A stretch of DNA of 64,000 bases from Octopus sinensis (lineage: Eukaryota). The notes below the pieces were generated by a model, which was not told where the DNA came from, did not search any database, and worked only from the letters and a program-made list of their open reading frames with translations. The position numbers were made by a program, and so were the translations under genes. The stretch is from NCBI RefSeq assembly GCF_006345805.1, contig NC_042997.1:106578001-106642000 (forward strand). Direction: 5' to 3'. Positions 1 through 11,782 of this stretch are shown here, piece after piece (position 1 is the stretch's first letter; each line of letters starts with the position of its first letter).

Positions 1-97
1 GTTCTATCAGTTTCTTTTGCCTGAACTGCTGTTTCAGAGACATAAAGACAACAATGTTGGTTGTGAAGCAGTGGTGGAGGACAAACACAAACACATT

Positions 98-483
98 CTT
101 TTATTCTTTTACTTGTCATTTGACAGCGGCCATGCTGGAGCACTGCCTTAAAAGGTCTTTTAGTTGAACAAATTTATCCCAGAACTTATTCTTTGTAAGA
201 CTAGTACTTATTCTATTGGTCTCTTTTACCAAACCATGAAGTTAGAGATGTAAACACACTAACATTGGTTGTCAAGTGATGGTGGGGCAACAAACACAGA
301 CAAAGACACACACACATATACAACAGGCTTCTTTCAGTTTCTGTCAACCAAATTCATTCACACGACTTTGGTTTGCCTGGGGTTATAGTAAAAGACACTT
401 GCCCAAGGTACCACACAGTGGATCTGAACCTGGAACCATCTGGTTGGGAAGCAAGCTTATTACCACACAGTCACGCCTACACC
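98..483 (-). mobile_element. tRNA-derived SINE, family A (decayed, near full length)
   Basis: Reverse complement matches the 2680-3106 copy: head (ggcgtgactgtgtggtaa..gttcagatcc), ttgggcaagtgtctt core, tail gctccagcatggccgc..gtcaaatgac..gtaaaagaata. Confidence 0.85.
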
Positions 484-504
484 TATATATATACATATAG
501 ATGG

Positions 505-835
505 AGGTGCAGACGGATGGATGGCGCGGACGGATGGATAGTGCGGACGGATGGATGGTGCGGACAGATGGATGGCGCAGACGGATGGATGGCGCAGACG
601 GATGGATGGCGCAGACGGATGGATGGCGCAGACGGATGGATGGCGCAGACGGATGGATGGCGCGGACAGATGGATGGCGCAGACGGATGGATAGTATGGA
701 CAGATAGATAGCATGGACAGATAAATAACATAGGCAGATAAATAGCATAGGCAGATAAATAGCATAGACAGATAGATATGATAGGATAGACAGACAGATA
801 GGATAGACATATAGGATAGGATAAACAGACAGATA
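505..835. repeat. 17-bp minisatellite (gcagacggatggatggc)n grading into ggcagataaatagcata variants
   Basis: About 10 tandem units at 508-690, then a degenerate GATA-rich 17-mer transition. Confidence 0.9.
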
Positions 836-2010
836 GCATAGGATAGACAGACAGGATGGACGGATAGGATAGACAGACAGGATGGACGGATAGGATAGAC
901 AGACAGGATGGACGGATAGGATAGACAGACAGGATGGACGGATAGGATAGACAGACTGGATGGACGGATAGGATAGACAGACAGGATGGACGGATAGGAT
1001 AGACAGACAGGATGGACGGATAGGATAGACAGACAGGATGGACGGATAGGATAGACAGACTGGATGGACGGATAGGATAGACAGACAGGATGGACGGATA
1101 GGATAGACAGACAGGATGGACGGATAGGATAGACAGACAGGATGGACGGATAGGATAGACAGACAGGATGGACGGATAGGATAGACAGACAGGATGGACG
1201 AATAGGATAGACAGACAGGATGGACGATAGGATAGACAGACAGGATGGACGGATAGGATAGACAGACAGGATGGACGGATAGGATAGACAGACAGGATGG
1301 ACGGAGGATAGACAGACAGGATGGACGGATAGGATAGACAGACAGGATGGACGGATAGGATAGACAGACAGGATGGACGGATAGGATAGACAGACTGGAT
1401 GGACGGATAGGATAGACAGACAGGATGGACGGATAGGATAGACAGACAGGATGGACGGATAGGATAGACAGACAGGATGGACGGATAGGATAGACAGACT
1501 GGATGGACGGATAGGATAGACAGACAGGATGGACGGATAGGATAGACAGACAGGATGGACGGATAGGATAGACAGACAGGATGGACGGATAGGATAGACA
1601 GACAGGATGGACGGATAGGATAGACAGACAGGATGGACGAATAGGATAGACAGACAGGATGGACGGATAGGATAGACAGACAGGATGGACGGATAGGATA
1701 GACAGACAGGATGGACGGATAGGATAGACAGACAGGATGGACGGATAGGATAGACAGACTGGATGGACGGATAGGATAGACAGACTGGATGGACAGATAG
1801 GATAGACAGACTGGATGGACGGATAAGATAGACAGACTGGATGGACGGATAGGATAGACAGACATGATGGACGGATAGGATAGACAGACATGATGGACGG
1901 ATAGGATAGACAGACAGGATGAACGGATAGGATTGACAGACAGATAACATAGACAGATAGGATAGGACGGTCAGATAGATAGGATAGGACGAACAGACAG
2001 ACAGAGACAG
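836..2010. repeat. 26-bp minisatellite (ggatagacagacaggatggacggata)n, about 40-45 units
   Basis: Direct tandem periodicity; minus-strand ORFs repeat every 26 aa (3 x 26 bp). Confidence 0.95.
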
Positions 2011-2679
2011 ATTGATACAGAACGTGCTTTTATATTATTTTCTGATAATTGTATAAAACAGAATAAAAATAGGTAATTAACTTCAGTAACTTTGAGAAAG
2101 GAGAAATCAGTGATGCACACTCATGCTTCTCCCAGTCTTATGAGTATTAGCAAGATAACTCCTATGAAATAGGTATACAAGTAGGTCATAAAAACACACC
2201 AATCCTCTCTCTTATATGACAGGTTGTAAATAGTTTTTAGCAATCATTATAAAAAGAGACAATCCCACATAGTAAAGTGAGTGAAATAAGAGCTTTTATG
2301 AAAGGTATACTTTGTTTATCTTGCCAGAGTTACATAGACTAACTGTTTTCTATACGTCCTTGTAGTCTATGTTGTTGCACTGCCACAACAGGTTCAGTTG
2401 AACAAATCAAACTCAGAACTTACTTTATAATCCTGGTACTTATTCTGTCAGTTTGTTTTTGCTAAACTGCTGAGTTACAGGGGGATGTAAACAAACCAAC
2501 AGTCGTTGTTAAGTGGTGTTGTGGGACAAACACAAATACACACAAACATATATATATATATAAGAAGAAAAATATTTATGTATATATATGTTTTTATAAA
2601 TATTTAGCAGAAGTAACAGAGTAACTCAAGGCTAAGAGTCACTCTGTTACTTGTACCAAATATTAATAAAAAAAAAAAT

Positions 2680-3106
2680 AGGCGCAGGAATGGCTGTGTG
2701 GTAAGTAGCTTGCTTACCAACCACATGGTTCCGGGTTCAGTCCCACTGCGTGACATCTTGGGTAAGTGTCTTCTGCTATAGCCTCGGGCCAACCAATGCC
2801 TTGTGAGTGGATTTGGTAGATGGAAACTGAAAGAAGCCTGTCGTATATATGTATATATATATATATATATAAATATATATGTATTTGTGTGTATGTTTGT
2901 GTGTCTGTGTTTGTCCCCCCAGCATTGCTTGACAACCGATGCTGGTGTGTTTACGCCCCCGTCACTTAGCGGTTCGGCAAAAGAGACCAATAGAATAAGT
3001 ACTGGGCTTACAAAGAATAAGTCCCGGGGTCGATTTGCTCGACTAAAGGCGGTGCTCCAGCATGGCCGCAGTCAAATGACTGAAACAAGTAAAAGAGTAA
3101 AGAGTA
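2680..3106 (+). mobile_element. tRNA-derived SINE, family A, full length with internal (TA)/(TG) microsatellite
   Basis: A-box-like tggctgtgtggtaag, B-box-like ggttcagtccc, central microsatellite 2844-2905, tail ending gaaacaagtaaaagagtaaagagta; many copies in the window. Confidence 0.92.
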
Positions 3107-4139
3107 TATATACTCGTGTTTTGAGTTGTATTTTTCCTATTAGCATTGCCAAACATATACATATATATTTTAAATCTTTATTATATAAAACAGAGTTTGT
3201 GTGTGTGTTCGTTATGGATTTGAAAACTGAATTGCCGATTTGGATGTATGATGTATCAAAAGACTCAGTAATCTTTCAGTGACCAAATAAAATATGTATG
3301 TTTTTTGCACAACTCTTTTTTTTACTACAAAAATAACCTTGAAAATAAGGTCGAGTCACACAATTTTGAGGGATTTAGCTAAGAGAAGCAACTCTGCCTG
3401 AACAATCTTTATGAGGAAATGTTTAAAATACATGGAGTTTTACCAGGAAATGAAACTTTGAAGATACACCCTCAACTTTATGAGTATTATTTAGCAGATA
3501 ATCTTTTAATGTGAAGTATGTTTATTGGTGTTTTGTTTAGCCCAGAGTTGCCTCTGATGTAGCACACCCTTCACATTCCTGAAATAGTGTAAATCTGTAT
3601 CTTTCTTTTCATGAAAGGGTGTGTTTTAAGAGAGATTTGGCTGCTATTTGTAGTAGCTCAAGTTACACAGAGACACCTCTGTCTCTGTGTGGATGTGTGT
3701 TTTCTGGTGGTGAAAAAAGTACTTTTTCTCAGAATATTTCACACAATAATTTTTTAAGAAATCTGAACATCTTTCTTACTGCTAACCATTCAACTTCAAA
3801 TTACAATTATTAATTGTTGGAAGTCAAGTACACTGAGATGTACATGATATAGAGTGGAAGTTCAATATGAAGTTTTGAACTCATTATCTTCTGGTTAGTA
3901 ATCCATTCCCTTAAATTTGAAGCCATTAAGTCTTTAAACATTATTTTACTGGATTTAGTCTTCTGACTGTCGCCATGACAGGGTATCACCATCAAAAATT
4001 TAATTGATCATACTGACTTCAGTACATATTTCAATCAGGCATTTATTTTATAGATCTATGCTTGATAAGCTCCTAACTTTGAGATATAGTGGGACAAATA
4101 CTCAATTTAACAACAAATGTAAACACACACACACACATA

Positions 4140-4290
4140 CTGGGTGCAAGAATGACAGTGTGGTTGAAAAGTTTGCTTCCCAACCACATGGTTTCATGTT
4201 CAGTCCCTCTGCATGGTACCTCGGGCAAGTGTTTTCTTACTATAGCCCTAGGCCAACCACAGTCTTGTGACTGAATTTGGTAGATGGAAA
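4140..4290 (+). mobile_element. SINE family A 5' fragment
   Basis: gacagtgtggttg..ccaaccacatggtt..gttcagtccc..gggcaagtgttttcttactatagcc. Confidence 0.75.
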
Positions 4291-4635
4291 CTGCAGCATT
4301 GATCATCAGAAAATGACCGAAAAACCTGTTTATAAAGAAGAGTTGTTTGCTTCATACTCCTCATGTGCTGATTTTGCCCATAATAAAGGAACAACTAATA
4401 CAATGTGGCTGCAGGTCATAACACCTGGGCAATGCCAGGGTGCATTGCTAACATATATATATATATATACTGGAGTAAGCACATAAATGTGAAACAAGGT
4501 GGAAAAAAGAGTACTCAAATACCAGAGGTAGAGTAATATGCTTTAACAAAACTGTCCAACGAACAGGAATGTGAAACTCTGAGTAACCGCTTTTGTTATA
4601 TTTCTGCTGCTTTTAGATAAAGTATATATATATAT

Positions 4636-4915
4636 ATATGTCATCATTTAATGTCCGTTTTTCAAAGCTGGCATGGGTTCGACAGTTTGACAGGAGCTGG
4701 CTACACAGAAGACTGCACCAAGCTTCACTGTCTGTTTGGCAGGGGTTTTATGGCTGTATGCCCTTTTCTGTCTCTGAAATCCACTCACAAACCTCAGGTC
4801 AACCCAATACTACAGCAGAAGACACATGCACAAGGTACCATAGAGTAGGCCTAAACCAAAGACCACGTGATTTGAAATTAAGCCTCTCAACGACACAACC
4901 ACACATTATGCCTAT
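4636..4915 (-). mobile_element. SINE with family A head and a different RTE-like tail (ggacattaaatgatgac)
   Basis: Head homologous to 2680-2830; tail homologous to 6108-6330 and 10497-10596. Confidence 0.7.
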
Positions 4916-5243
4916 CTACTGATAAAAATAAAAACAAAAAAGACACAGGTATTTCTAATAAGTAAATATGACTTGGTAGAATGTATATTGCTTTCACTAA
5001 CTGATTTAGGCGCTATGTTGTCATGAGCAAACACAGATACCATCTTAGCACTCCTTCCTTGATTTAGTCTAACATTGAAAATATGACAATTTCAGGTACT
5101 GCACCAGCACCAGGCTGGTACTTATTTTCAGCCAAGTAGACCGGAACAATGTAAAATGATGTACCTTGCTCAAGGACCCATCACTTACCCAATACCCAAA
5201 CTACTAGGGTACAGCACTAAGTCACCACATGTACACGCACCTA

Positions 5244-5387
5244 CAATTGTGGCCAAAAGTTTGGAACACAGGTCTGAAAATTAGAATTTTTATTTTAAAT
5301 GCCCAAAGTTATATTTGAATTGAACTGTGCATGAACACAACAATTTTAATTTTTAAAAAAATGCTCCAAACTTTTGGCCATGACTAG
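5244..5387. mobile_element. Tc1-type MITE
   Basis: TIRs caattgtggccaaaagtttggaaca / tgctccaaacttttggccatgact, left end preceded by TA. Confidence 0.7.
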
Positions 5388-5407
5388 ATTCTTTGTTCCT
5401 GATTTAA

Positions 5408-5627
5408 CCCTTTGGTGTTCAGATTATTCAGTTAAATGTAATGCTTTTTCACACAAATTGTTTTGAATTAATCATACATTATCTCATAGCTTTGAAATCT
5501 CAATGATGTGAATATTTATTTTTAGAATGTCAATGTAGGTTAAGTGTGAGAGGCTAGATATGGCTAGTTCAAATATAAAACATGTAGAATATTTGGGCCA
5601 GATGTGGCCGGTTTAAACACTAAAGGG
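5408..5627. mobile_element. piggyBac-type MITE, 220 bp
   Basis: TTAA TSD at 5404-5407 and 5628-5631; TIR ccctttggtgtt / aacactaaaggg with 1 mismatch. Confidence 0.88.
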
Positions 5628-6107
5628 TTAAGGATTCTCATCATCTCACTTGGTTCACTTATATACTCTTAAAAAATTGGGGTAGTGAAATCTGGAATGC
5701 CTTTGATCAAAAGTCTATTCAACTAGGGTTGACCTGAAGCTAAACAACAACTATTGCTAACAATTTAAACTAACAACAGACTTAACGAAGTAATGAAGGC
5801 CTTCACAACAGGGCCAGTTGAAGGTAGCAGCTACCAGCACTTCACATGCTTCAGGCTCCACATCATTTTAACATCCACTTTTCCATGCTTAGGGAAGATT
5901 TTCTATGGCTGGGTACCCTATTAATACCAACCCTTACTTGTATCCAAGCAAGATTATTATTTTCCCATAGTCATGCTTCATAGAATACTGAAAATGAATG
6001 GCACTGCATGAGAATGACAATCATTTACAATTATCATACAATATCAAGACAAGGAAACACACACATACATACAACCTTCACCCTACCCCACATTATATGT
6101 AAATATA

Positions 6108-6330
6108 TCATCATCCTTTAACGCCCTTTTTTCATACTGGTATGGATTGGACGGTTTGACCAGAGCTGGCAAGCTGGAGAGCTGTACCAAGTCCCAGTCT
6201 GATCTGGTTTGTTTTCTGCAACTGGATGCCCTTCCTAACGCCAACCACTTTACAGTGTACTGGGTGCTTTTAATGTGGCATTGACACAAGAGCTTTTTAC
6301 GTGGAACCAGCACAGGACTCAGTAGGCCAA
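6108..6330 (-). mobile_element. SINE 3' half (ggttggcgttaggaagggcatcc domain plus (gat)n tail)
   Basis: Reverse complement ends ..aaagggcgttaaaggatgatgat; same tail as 10497-10596. Confidence 0.75.
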
Positions 6331-6361
6331 TCGTCTTCATCGTTTGACGCTACCTACGTAT

Positions 6362-6705
6362 GGTGAAGGTGCGTGGTTCAGTGGTTAGAGCGTCGGGCTC
6401 ACAATCACGAGGTAGTGAGTTTGATTTCCCAACAGGGCTGTGTGTTGTGTTCTTGAGCAAGACACTTTATTTCACGTTGCACCAGTTCACTCAGCTGTAG
6501 AAACGAGTTGCGTCGTCACTGGTACTAAGCTGTATAGGCCTTTGCCTTTCCCTCGGATAAGATCAGAGGCATGGAGAGGGGAGACTGATATTTATGGGTG
6601 ACTGCTGGTCTTCTGTAGTAACCTTGCCTGAACTTGTGCCTCGGAGGGGAACTTTCTGGGTGCAACCCCATGACCATTCATGACCGAAGCGGGTCGTTGC
6701 CGTTT
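6362..6705 (+). mobile_element. tRNA-derived SINE, family C
   Basis: tRNA-like head gtggttcagtggttagagcgtcgggctcacaatc plus central gtgttcttgagcaagacactttatttcacgttgc..cactcagctg domain shared with 11813-12071 and 21280-21596. Confidence 0.8.
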
Positions 6706-7199
6706 AGGTATGCCAAACAGCTGATTAAGGTTACACAACTTCGAGGATATTTGTTGAATGCAATCTGGCATATCTGACTAACTACAGATCGAAAAAAGAA
6801 TCAGCACAAAAAAAGTAGTTAGAAAATTAATATACTATTAATATATAGCGTAATTTGTTGCCATGAAGTTATATATCTGTAGTAATATAAAATATGTAAA
6901 TATATTTGAGTAGCTAGAACTAAGTATAGTTCAGAATATTTCCGCCGACTCCAATTTAAAAAGGCTACCTAACTAGAGTTGAAATTGCGGGAAATAAATA
7001 AACTTCGAAACCAGAAGTTCATTTAAACTTGGTAAAGAAATAACCAGGGGAAAATAAGTTTAAAAAGTGTTATACATATCTTTGTTCAAGTTAACTTTCA
7101 AACTTATACCTTACTAAATACTAGACAAAAATTTACCCAAAATAAAATAAAAGGTATTCGAAAGTGATTAATATTTACATAAAAGAAACGTCCATAAAT

Positions 7200-7540
7200 C
7201 GATTACCTGAAACTTTCTTTCAGAAATTTCGACTGGAGTTCGCAACTTTTTGCAGTCAACCATTGTCGTGTACGCTCCGTTCAAAAAGTTTAATGAACGG
7301 AATTCCATAAAGGCGGGCTTAACAAAATTAAGCACATGAGAACGCATGCTTATTCACAGTTAATTAGCATATAAATTTATTACACTTATCTGGCGATTGT
7401 TTTCACAAATGTTGTTTTATGTACTTTATAACAATGTTCATAGTAATTACTTTGAACAATAATTTATTTATAATTACATATATATATAATATTTCGTTCA
7501 AAATTTCAAGTTATTTATAATTTTTGGCGCTAGCGCCAAA
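7200..7540 (-). promoter_or_regulatory. Putative promoter and non-coding first exon of a minus-strand transcript
   Basis: Non-repetitive island; minus-strand donor CAG|GTAATC (exon end 7207), GC box near 7312, palindromic double E2F-like site tttggcgc-ta-gcgccaaa 7523-7540. Confidence 0.3.
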
Positions 7541-7865
7541 TTTTAGCATATGTTGTGGTCGATTTATGATATGCCTTTCCTTGACTATGTTTCCCTTCCT
7601 TGTATTTGTAAACGACAAAATGGGAGGGAACACCTATATCTATCAAAATATCCTTATTTCAGTCAATGACGTCTTTTCATATAATGATTATTAAATTAAT
7701 TAAATATTAATCATATTGTCGATTGGAACACCTTGAAATACGTAATAATTTAGAGTTATTTCCCTTCATGCTTTCTCCGCAAACGTAAACAAAGTTTGTG
7801 ATAAAAGTTCTTTTTACTTCGTCTGCATTAAATTTTAACTACTGATTATTATCAGTCTTTCATTA

Positions 7866-8072
7866 ACCTCTTTACTCTTTTACTTGTTTCAGTCATTTGA
7901 CTGCGGCCATGCTGGAGCACCGCCTTTAGTCGAGCAAATCGACCCCGGGTCTTATTCTTTGTAAGCCCAGTACTTATTCTATCGGTATCTTTTGACGAAC
8001 CGCTATGAGACGGGGATGTAAACACACCAACATCGGTTGTCAAGCAATGCTAGGGGGACAAACACAGACACA

Positions 8073-8151
<79 letters not shown>

Positions 8152-8343
8152 GGCGAATTCGCCATATATATACATATATATGACAGGCTTCTTTCAGTTT
8201 CCGTCTACCAAATCCACTCACAAGGCATTGGTCGGTCCGGGGCTATAGCAGAAGACACTTGCCCAAGATGCCACGCAGTGGGACTGAACCTGGAACCATG
8301 TGGTTGGTTAGCAAGCTACTTACCACACAGCTACTCCTGCGCC
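7866..8343 (-). mobile_element. SINE family A, full length, young
   Basis: Close reverse-complement match to 2680-3106; internal (CA)/(TA) tract about 115 bp. Confidence 0.92.
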
Positions 8344-8719
8344 TAGTAACAAGAGTAGCATAACTTTGTTTTTTTCACCTTTTACTTGTTTCAGTCATTA
8401 GACTGTGGCCATGCCGGGGCACCGCCTTGAAGAATTTTTGGAAATTAAGGAAATGGAGATGGGGGTAGTAATTTAAAAATGCCGATTTTTGCCGATTTTT
8501 TTGCCGATTCGTATTCCTCGTAGCCGAAAAGGGGTGTTTGTGTCGAAAAAACATTTTTTAAGGGTGGTTTGTTGGGAGAACGGGCGGAAGTTTTGCCAAG
8601 CTCGGACTCCACATACTAGAAATAATAGCCAAATCTCTTGAAAATATTTTATAAGCCCACGGTTATATTTTGGTAAATTTTGATATTAACTCCCGCACGA
8701 TTTTCCCAAAGAAAAAAAT

Positions 8720-8946
8720 ATTACGGAAGACTACCAAGAGTAACGTGGAGCAGAAATCTGTAGTTATGCCCCCGAGTTTTGGTATTACATATTACTGGAA
8801 AGCTACAGAGGGGCCCGGGGCGAAATAGGTTGGGAAACACTAGATTAAATGGTATACTTCGATCAAGTACTCTATCCCAGTCTTGGAGCTCCCGGTTGAA
8901 GTACAACTATTTCATCTCCACGTGACTCTTGGTAGTCTTCCGTAAT
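8720..8946. mobile_element. MITE with about 35-bp TIR, superfamily unassigned
   Basis: attacggaagactaccaagagtaacgtggag..aaat versus atttc..ctccacgtgactcttggtagtcttccgtaat. Confidence 0.75.
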
Positions 8947-9864
8947 TTTTTTTTTTTTTTCTTAGTAAAAATCGGGCAGGTGTTTATATCAAAATTTACC
9001 GACGTTTCTCCGTGGGGCTTTTGTCCTAGGGGGCTGTTCTACATACACACACACACACACATACATACATACATACATACGCACACACACGCATACTTGC
9101 ATATGTATGCATAGAATTACTTGGCTATTAAGCGACAAAATGTACAAATTCTGGCTGCGCATAAACGGGAACACAGGCCAAGTCAGGGTAAAACCGGACG
9201 TATAGTAACAAAGCTTTCAATATTAAACGATTTTTTTTCTGTTTATATTCATTTTAACTGAACAACAAATCCGCTTCTTTAATTACTATTTTTCCCATTA
9301 CTAATCTTTGTCTATATTAGTTATATCATGTTTATTTCAGTTAAGTGTTGTTAACTTGTTTATAAACAAGTCCAGTCAATTTTTTCTTCTCAGACTACTT
9401 GGCTGGTCACAAACACTCAAGAATCATCAAAACGTCAAGACGTTGGCTAATGATAGCCGTCTAATTGTTGGCGCTTTTTTCCCTAAAACTGTTAGTATCT
9501 GAAATGAAATTATTCCAGCTAATGAATCGAAATTACGAAGTGCACTCGACTTACTGGGAAGTTGCTACTATATTAACGGTCGTCTCAACCAATTATTGCA
9601 ATCTTTTAACCACACACACACACACTTTAAATTAATGTAGGCAGCTGCGCGCAATATAAACCGTATAGGTAAAATTTACTCGTCACTAATTGTGACTGTA
9701 TCTGCTAGAAGCACACATATTGCTAGAAATAGGTGTTAAACTACTTTATAGCTGCGTAATACCACATTTATACACACTGACTGGGTAGATAACTGCCCCA
9801 TGAGCGAAGAAAAGCTAGAACACTGGACTGCACAGTTTCAACCTATTGTATATGTGTGTGTATG

Positions 9865-9898
<34 letters not shown>

Positions 9899-9900
<2 letters not shown>

Positions 9901-10375
9901 TCCCGGGTTGATTCGGGGTTAACCACAGTAAATAAGGTACTCAATACATAGCAGAGTAAAATTAATTTATTATATAGAAGGAGCTTCTACAGGACTAGAA
10001 CTGTTTCATTCAAGAGAAATCTTCAGGAAGATTTCTCTTGAATGAAACAGTTCTAGTCCTGTAGAAGCTCCTTCTATATAATAAATTAATATTTGCATTT
10101 GATTTTTTAATGTCTTTACCCCCATACTTTCGTGAGTTGAATTGAGCAAACACTATATGAGAGAGATTTTCTTTAAGTATTAGAAATAGTTTTAAAAAAG
10201 TTTTTTAGCTACTATTTCTAATGAGTTCAGTATGTGGCAAAGTAATTTATTTTACTAAGCCCTTTTATATAATGTAATAATTTGAATTCGCCTTAAATGG
10301 TCCCTTTACATACTGAATACTTGGTGAAATTGATTAATAATTAATTAATTTTACCCTCAATTGTTGAAATTATAA
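9899..10375. mobile_element. Penelope-like pseudo-LTR remnant (family P1) with perfect 64-bp fold-back
   Basis: Arms 9961-10024 and 10027-10090 are exact reverse complements; minus-strand CTGAAGA..GAAAC; 10090-10375 is a diverged homolog of 49870-50110. Confidence 0.6.
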
Positions 10376-10431
10376 TTCATCTCTCTCTATTTAATGCTTC
10401 GGATTTTACCGAAAAAGCATAGTGTTTACTG

Positions 10432-11087
10432 GGTACTTGTCTATTGTCGTGGTCCCGGTTTCGCACACGCGAATTCGCGCGCGCGCGCGAGATAAGACTG
10501 GAGTCTGGTGCAGCCTTCTGGCTTCCCAGATCCCCGGTCGAACCGTCCAACCCATGCTGGCATGGAGAACGGACGTTAAACGATGATGATGATGAGAAGA
10601 AATTAATTCATTAAGTTTACCAAATTATATACGTCTGTAAAAAAAAAAAAAGTTTCACAAATTATATACGTTCGCGTTTGTGTAAAAAAAATTATTAACC
10701 AAGTTTTATAAATTATTACTTTGTTCAAAAAATATTATTGATATTAATTAATTTTCAAGAATTATTTAATTTATATAATTAATTCATTAATTTTATTCTG
10801 TAAAATAGTAATTAATTCATTTATCTGTAAATCCGCGAGGAAAGCGACTATGTAATTTTTTTGTGTAAAATTGAAAATGTTATATATACACACACACACA
10901 TATATATTTTTAGTGAAATCCAACACCTTTTTTTTAGGGGGGGGGGGGGTTAACGCGCATGCGCGAATTCTGCACTGCGCATGCGCAAGTCACCTCGTAG
11001 GATCTCGAGTATCGAGTACCTACGTCTGGCGCGCGCGCGCGCGAATTCGCGTGTGCGAAACCGGGACCACGACAATAGACAAGTACC
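10432..11087. mobile_element. Non-autonomous TIR element (about 58-bp near-perfect TIRs) carrying a SINE tail fragment (10497-10596)
   Basis: ggtacttgtctattgtcgtggtcccggtttcgcacacgcgaattcgcgcgcg and its reverse complement ending at 11087. Confidence 0.85.
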
Positions 11088-11229
11088 ATATATCACTATC
11101 TGTTTCAACACACATTTTCACATCAAGTATTTTGCGAAACAAATACCTAAACGTAACAAAGGTCTTGTCATATTTCATTTGGTTAAATCATATAAAAATC
11201 TTGATTGAATGACAATATTTTTTTAACTT

Positions 11230-11390
11230 AGACGTGACTGTGTGGTAAGAAGCTTACTTCCCAAAGACATGATTCGGGGTTCAGACCCACTGCATGATAC
11301 CTTGGACAAATATCTTCTACTATAACCTCGAATCGACAAAAGCCGTGTTGATTCGAGGTTATAGAGAGAAGCCCGTTGTGTATGTGTGTG
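11230..11390 (+). mobile_element. SINE family A 5' fragment
   Basis: gtgactgtgtggtaagaagc..ggttcagacccactgc..ccttggacaaatatcttctactataacc. Confidence 0.75.
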
Positions 11391-11782
11391 TGTACATATT
11401 ATATATATATATATATGGGCATTCTTACGTTATGGGTACCATTTATGTCAAACTGAACGTAAGAATACCTAGTGATCCAGTTTGACGTAAATGGTACTCA
11501 TAACGTAAGAATGCCTAATTGTTTATACTTAAACACTTTAAAAACAGCTATTTTAGTAAAACTAGAATTTGAGACCCAACATATCTCGGGATCCATACAC
11601 AAAATCTTTGAGTCACATACAGCCCGCGAGTGGCAGTTTAGCAACCGATGGTTTAACTTTCAACATCCTACTGTATAATCTGGCAGTATAATTGTAATAT
11701 ATAACCAGTAAATCCTGGTTATATATTACAATCAAAGAAACTAATTTCTAGTCATAGTCCTAAATAGAAAGGCGTTTTATAG

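Noticed and set aside
383-1950. Three 460-502 aa minus-strand ORFs
   Set aside because: They are translations of the 26-bp and 17-bp satellites; open in all three frames only because that strand lacks stop codons.
836-2010. Regular short repeats as a CRISPR array
   Set aside because: Head-to-tail units with no unique spacers; eukaryotic context; no cas genes.
6362-6440. tRNA gene-like sequences (also 12000-12071, 45360-45425)
   Set aside because: They are SINE heads that continue into SINE bodies and lack a complete cloverleaf or acceptor stem.
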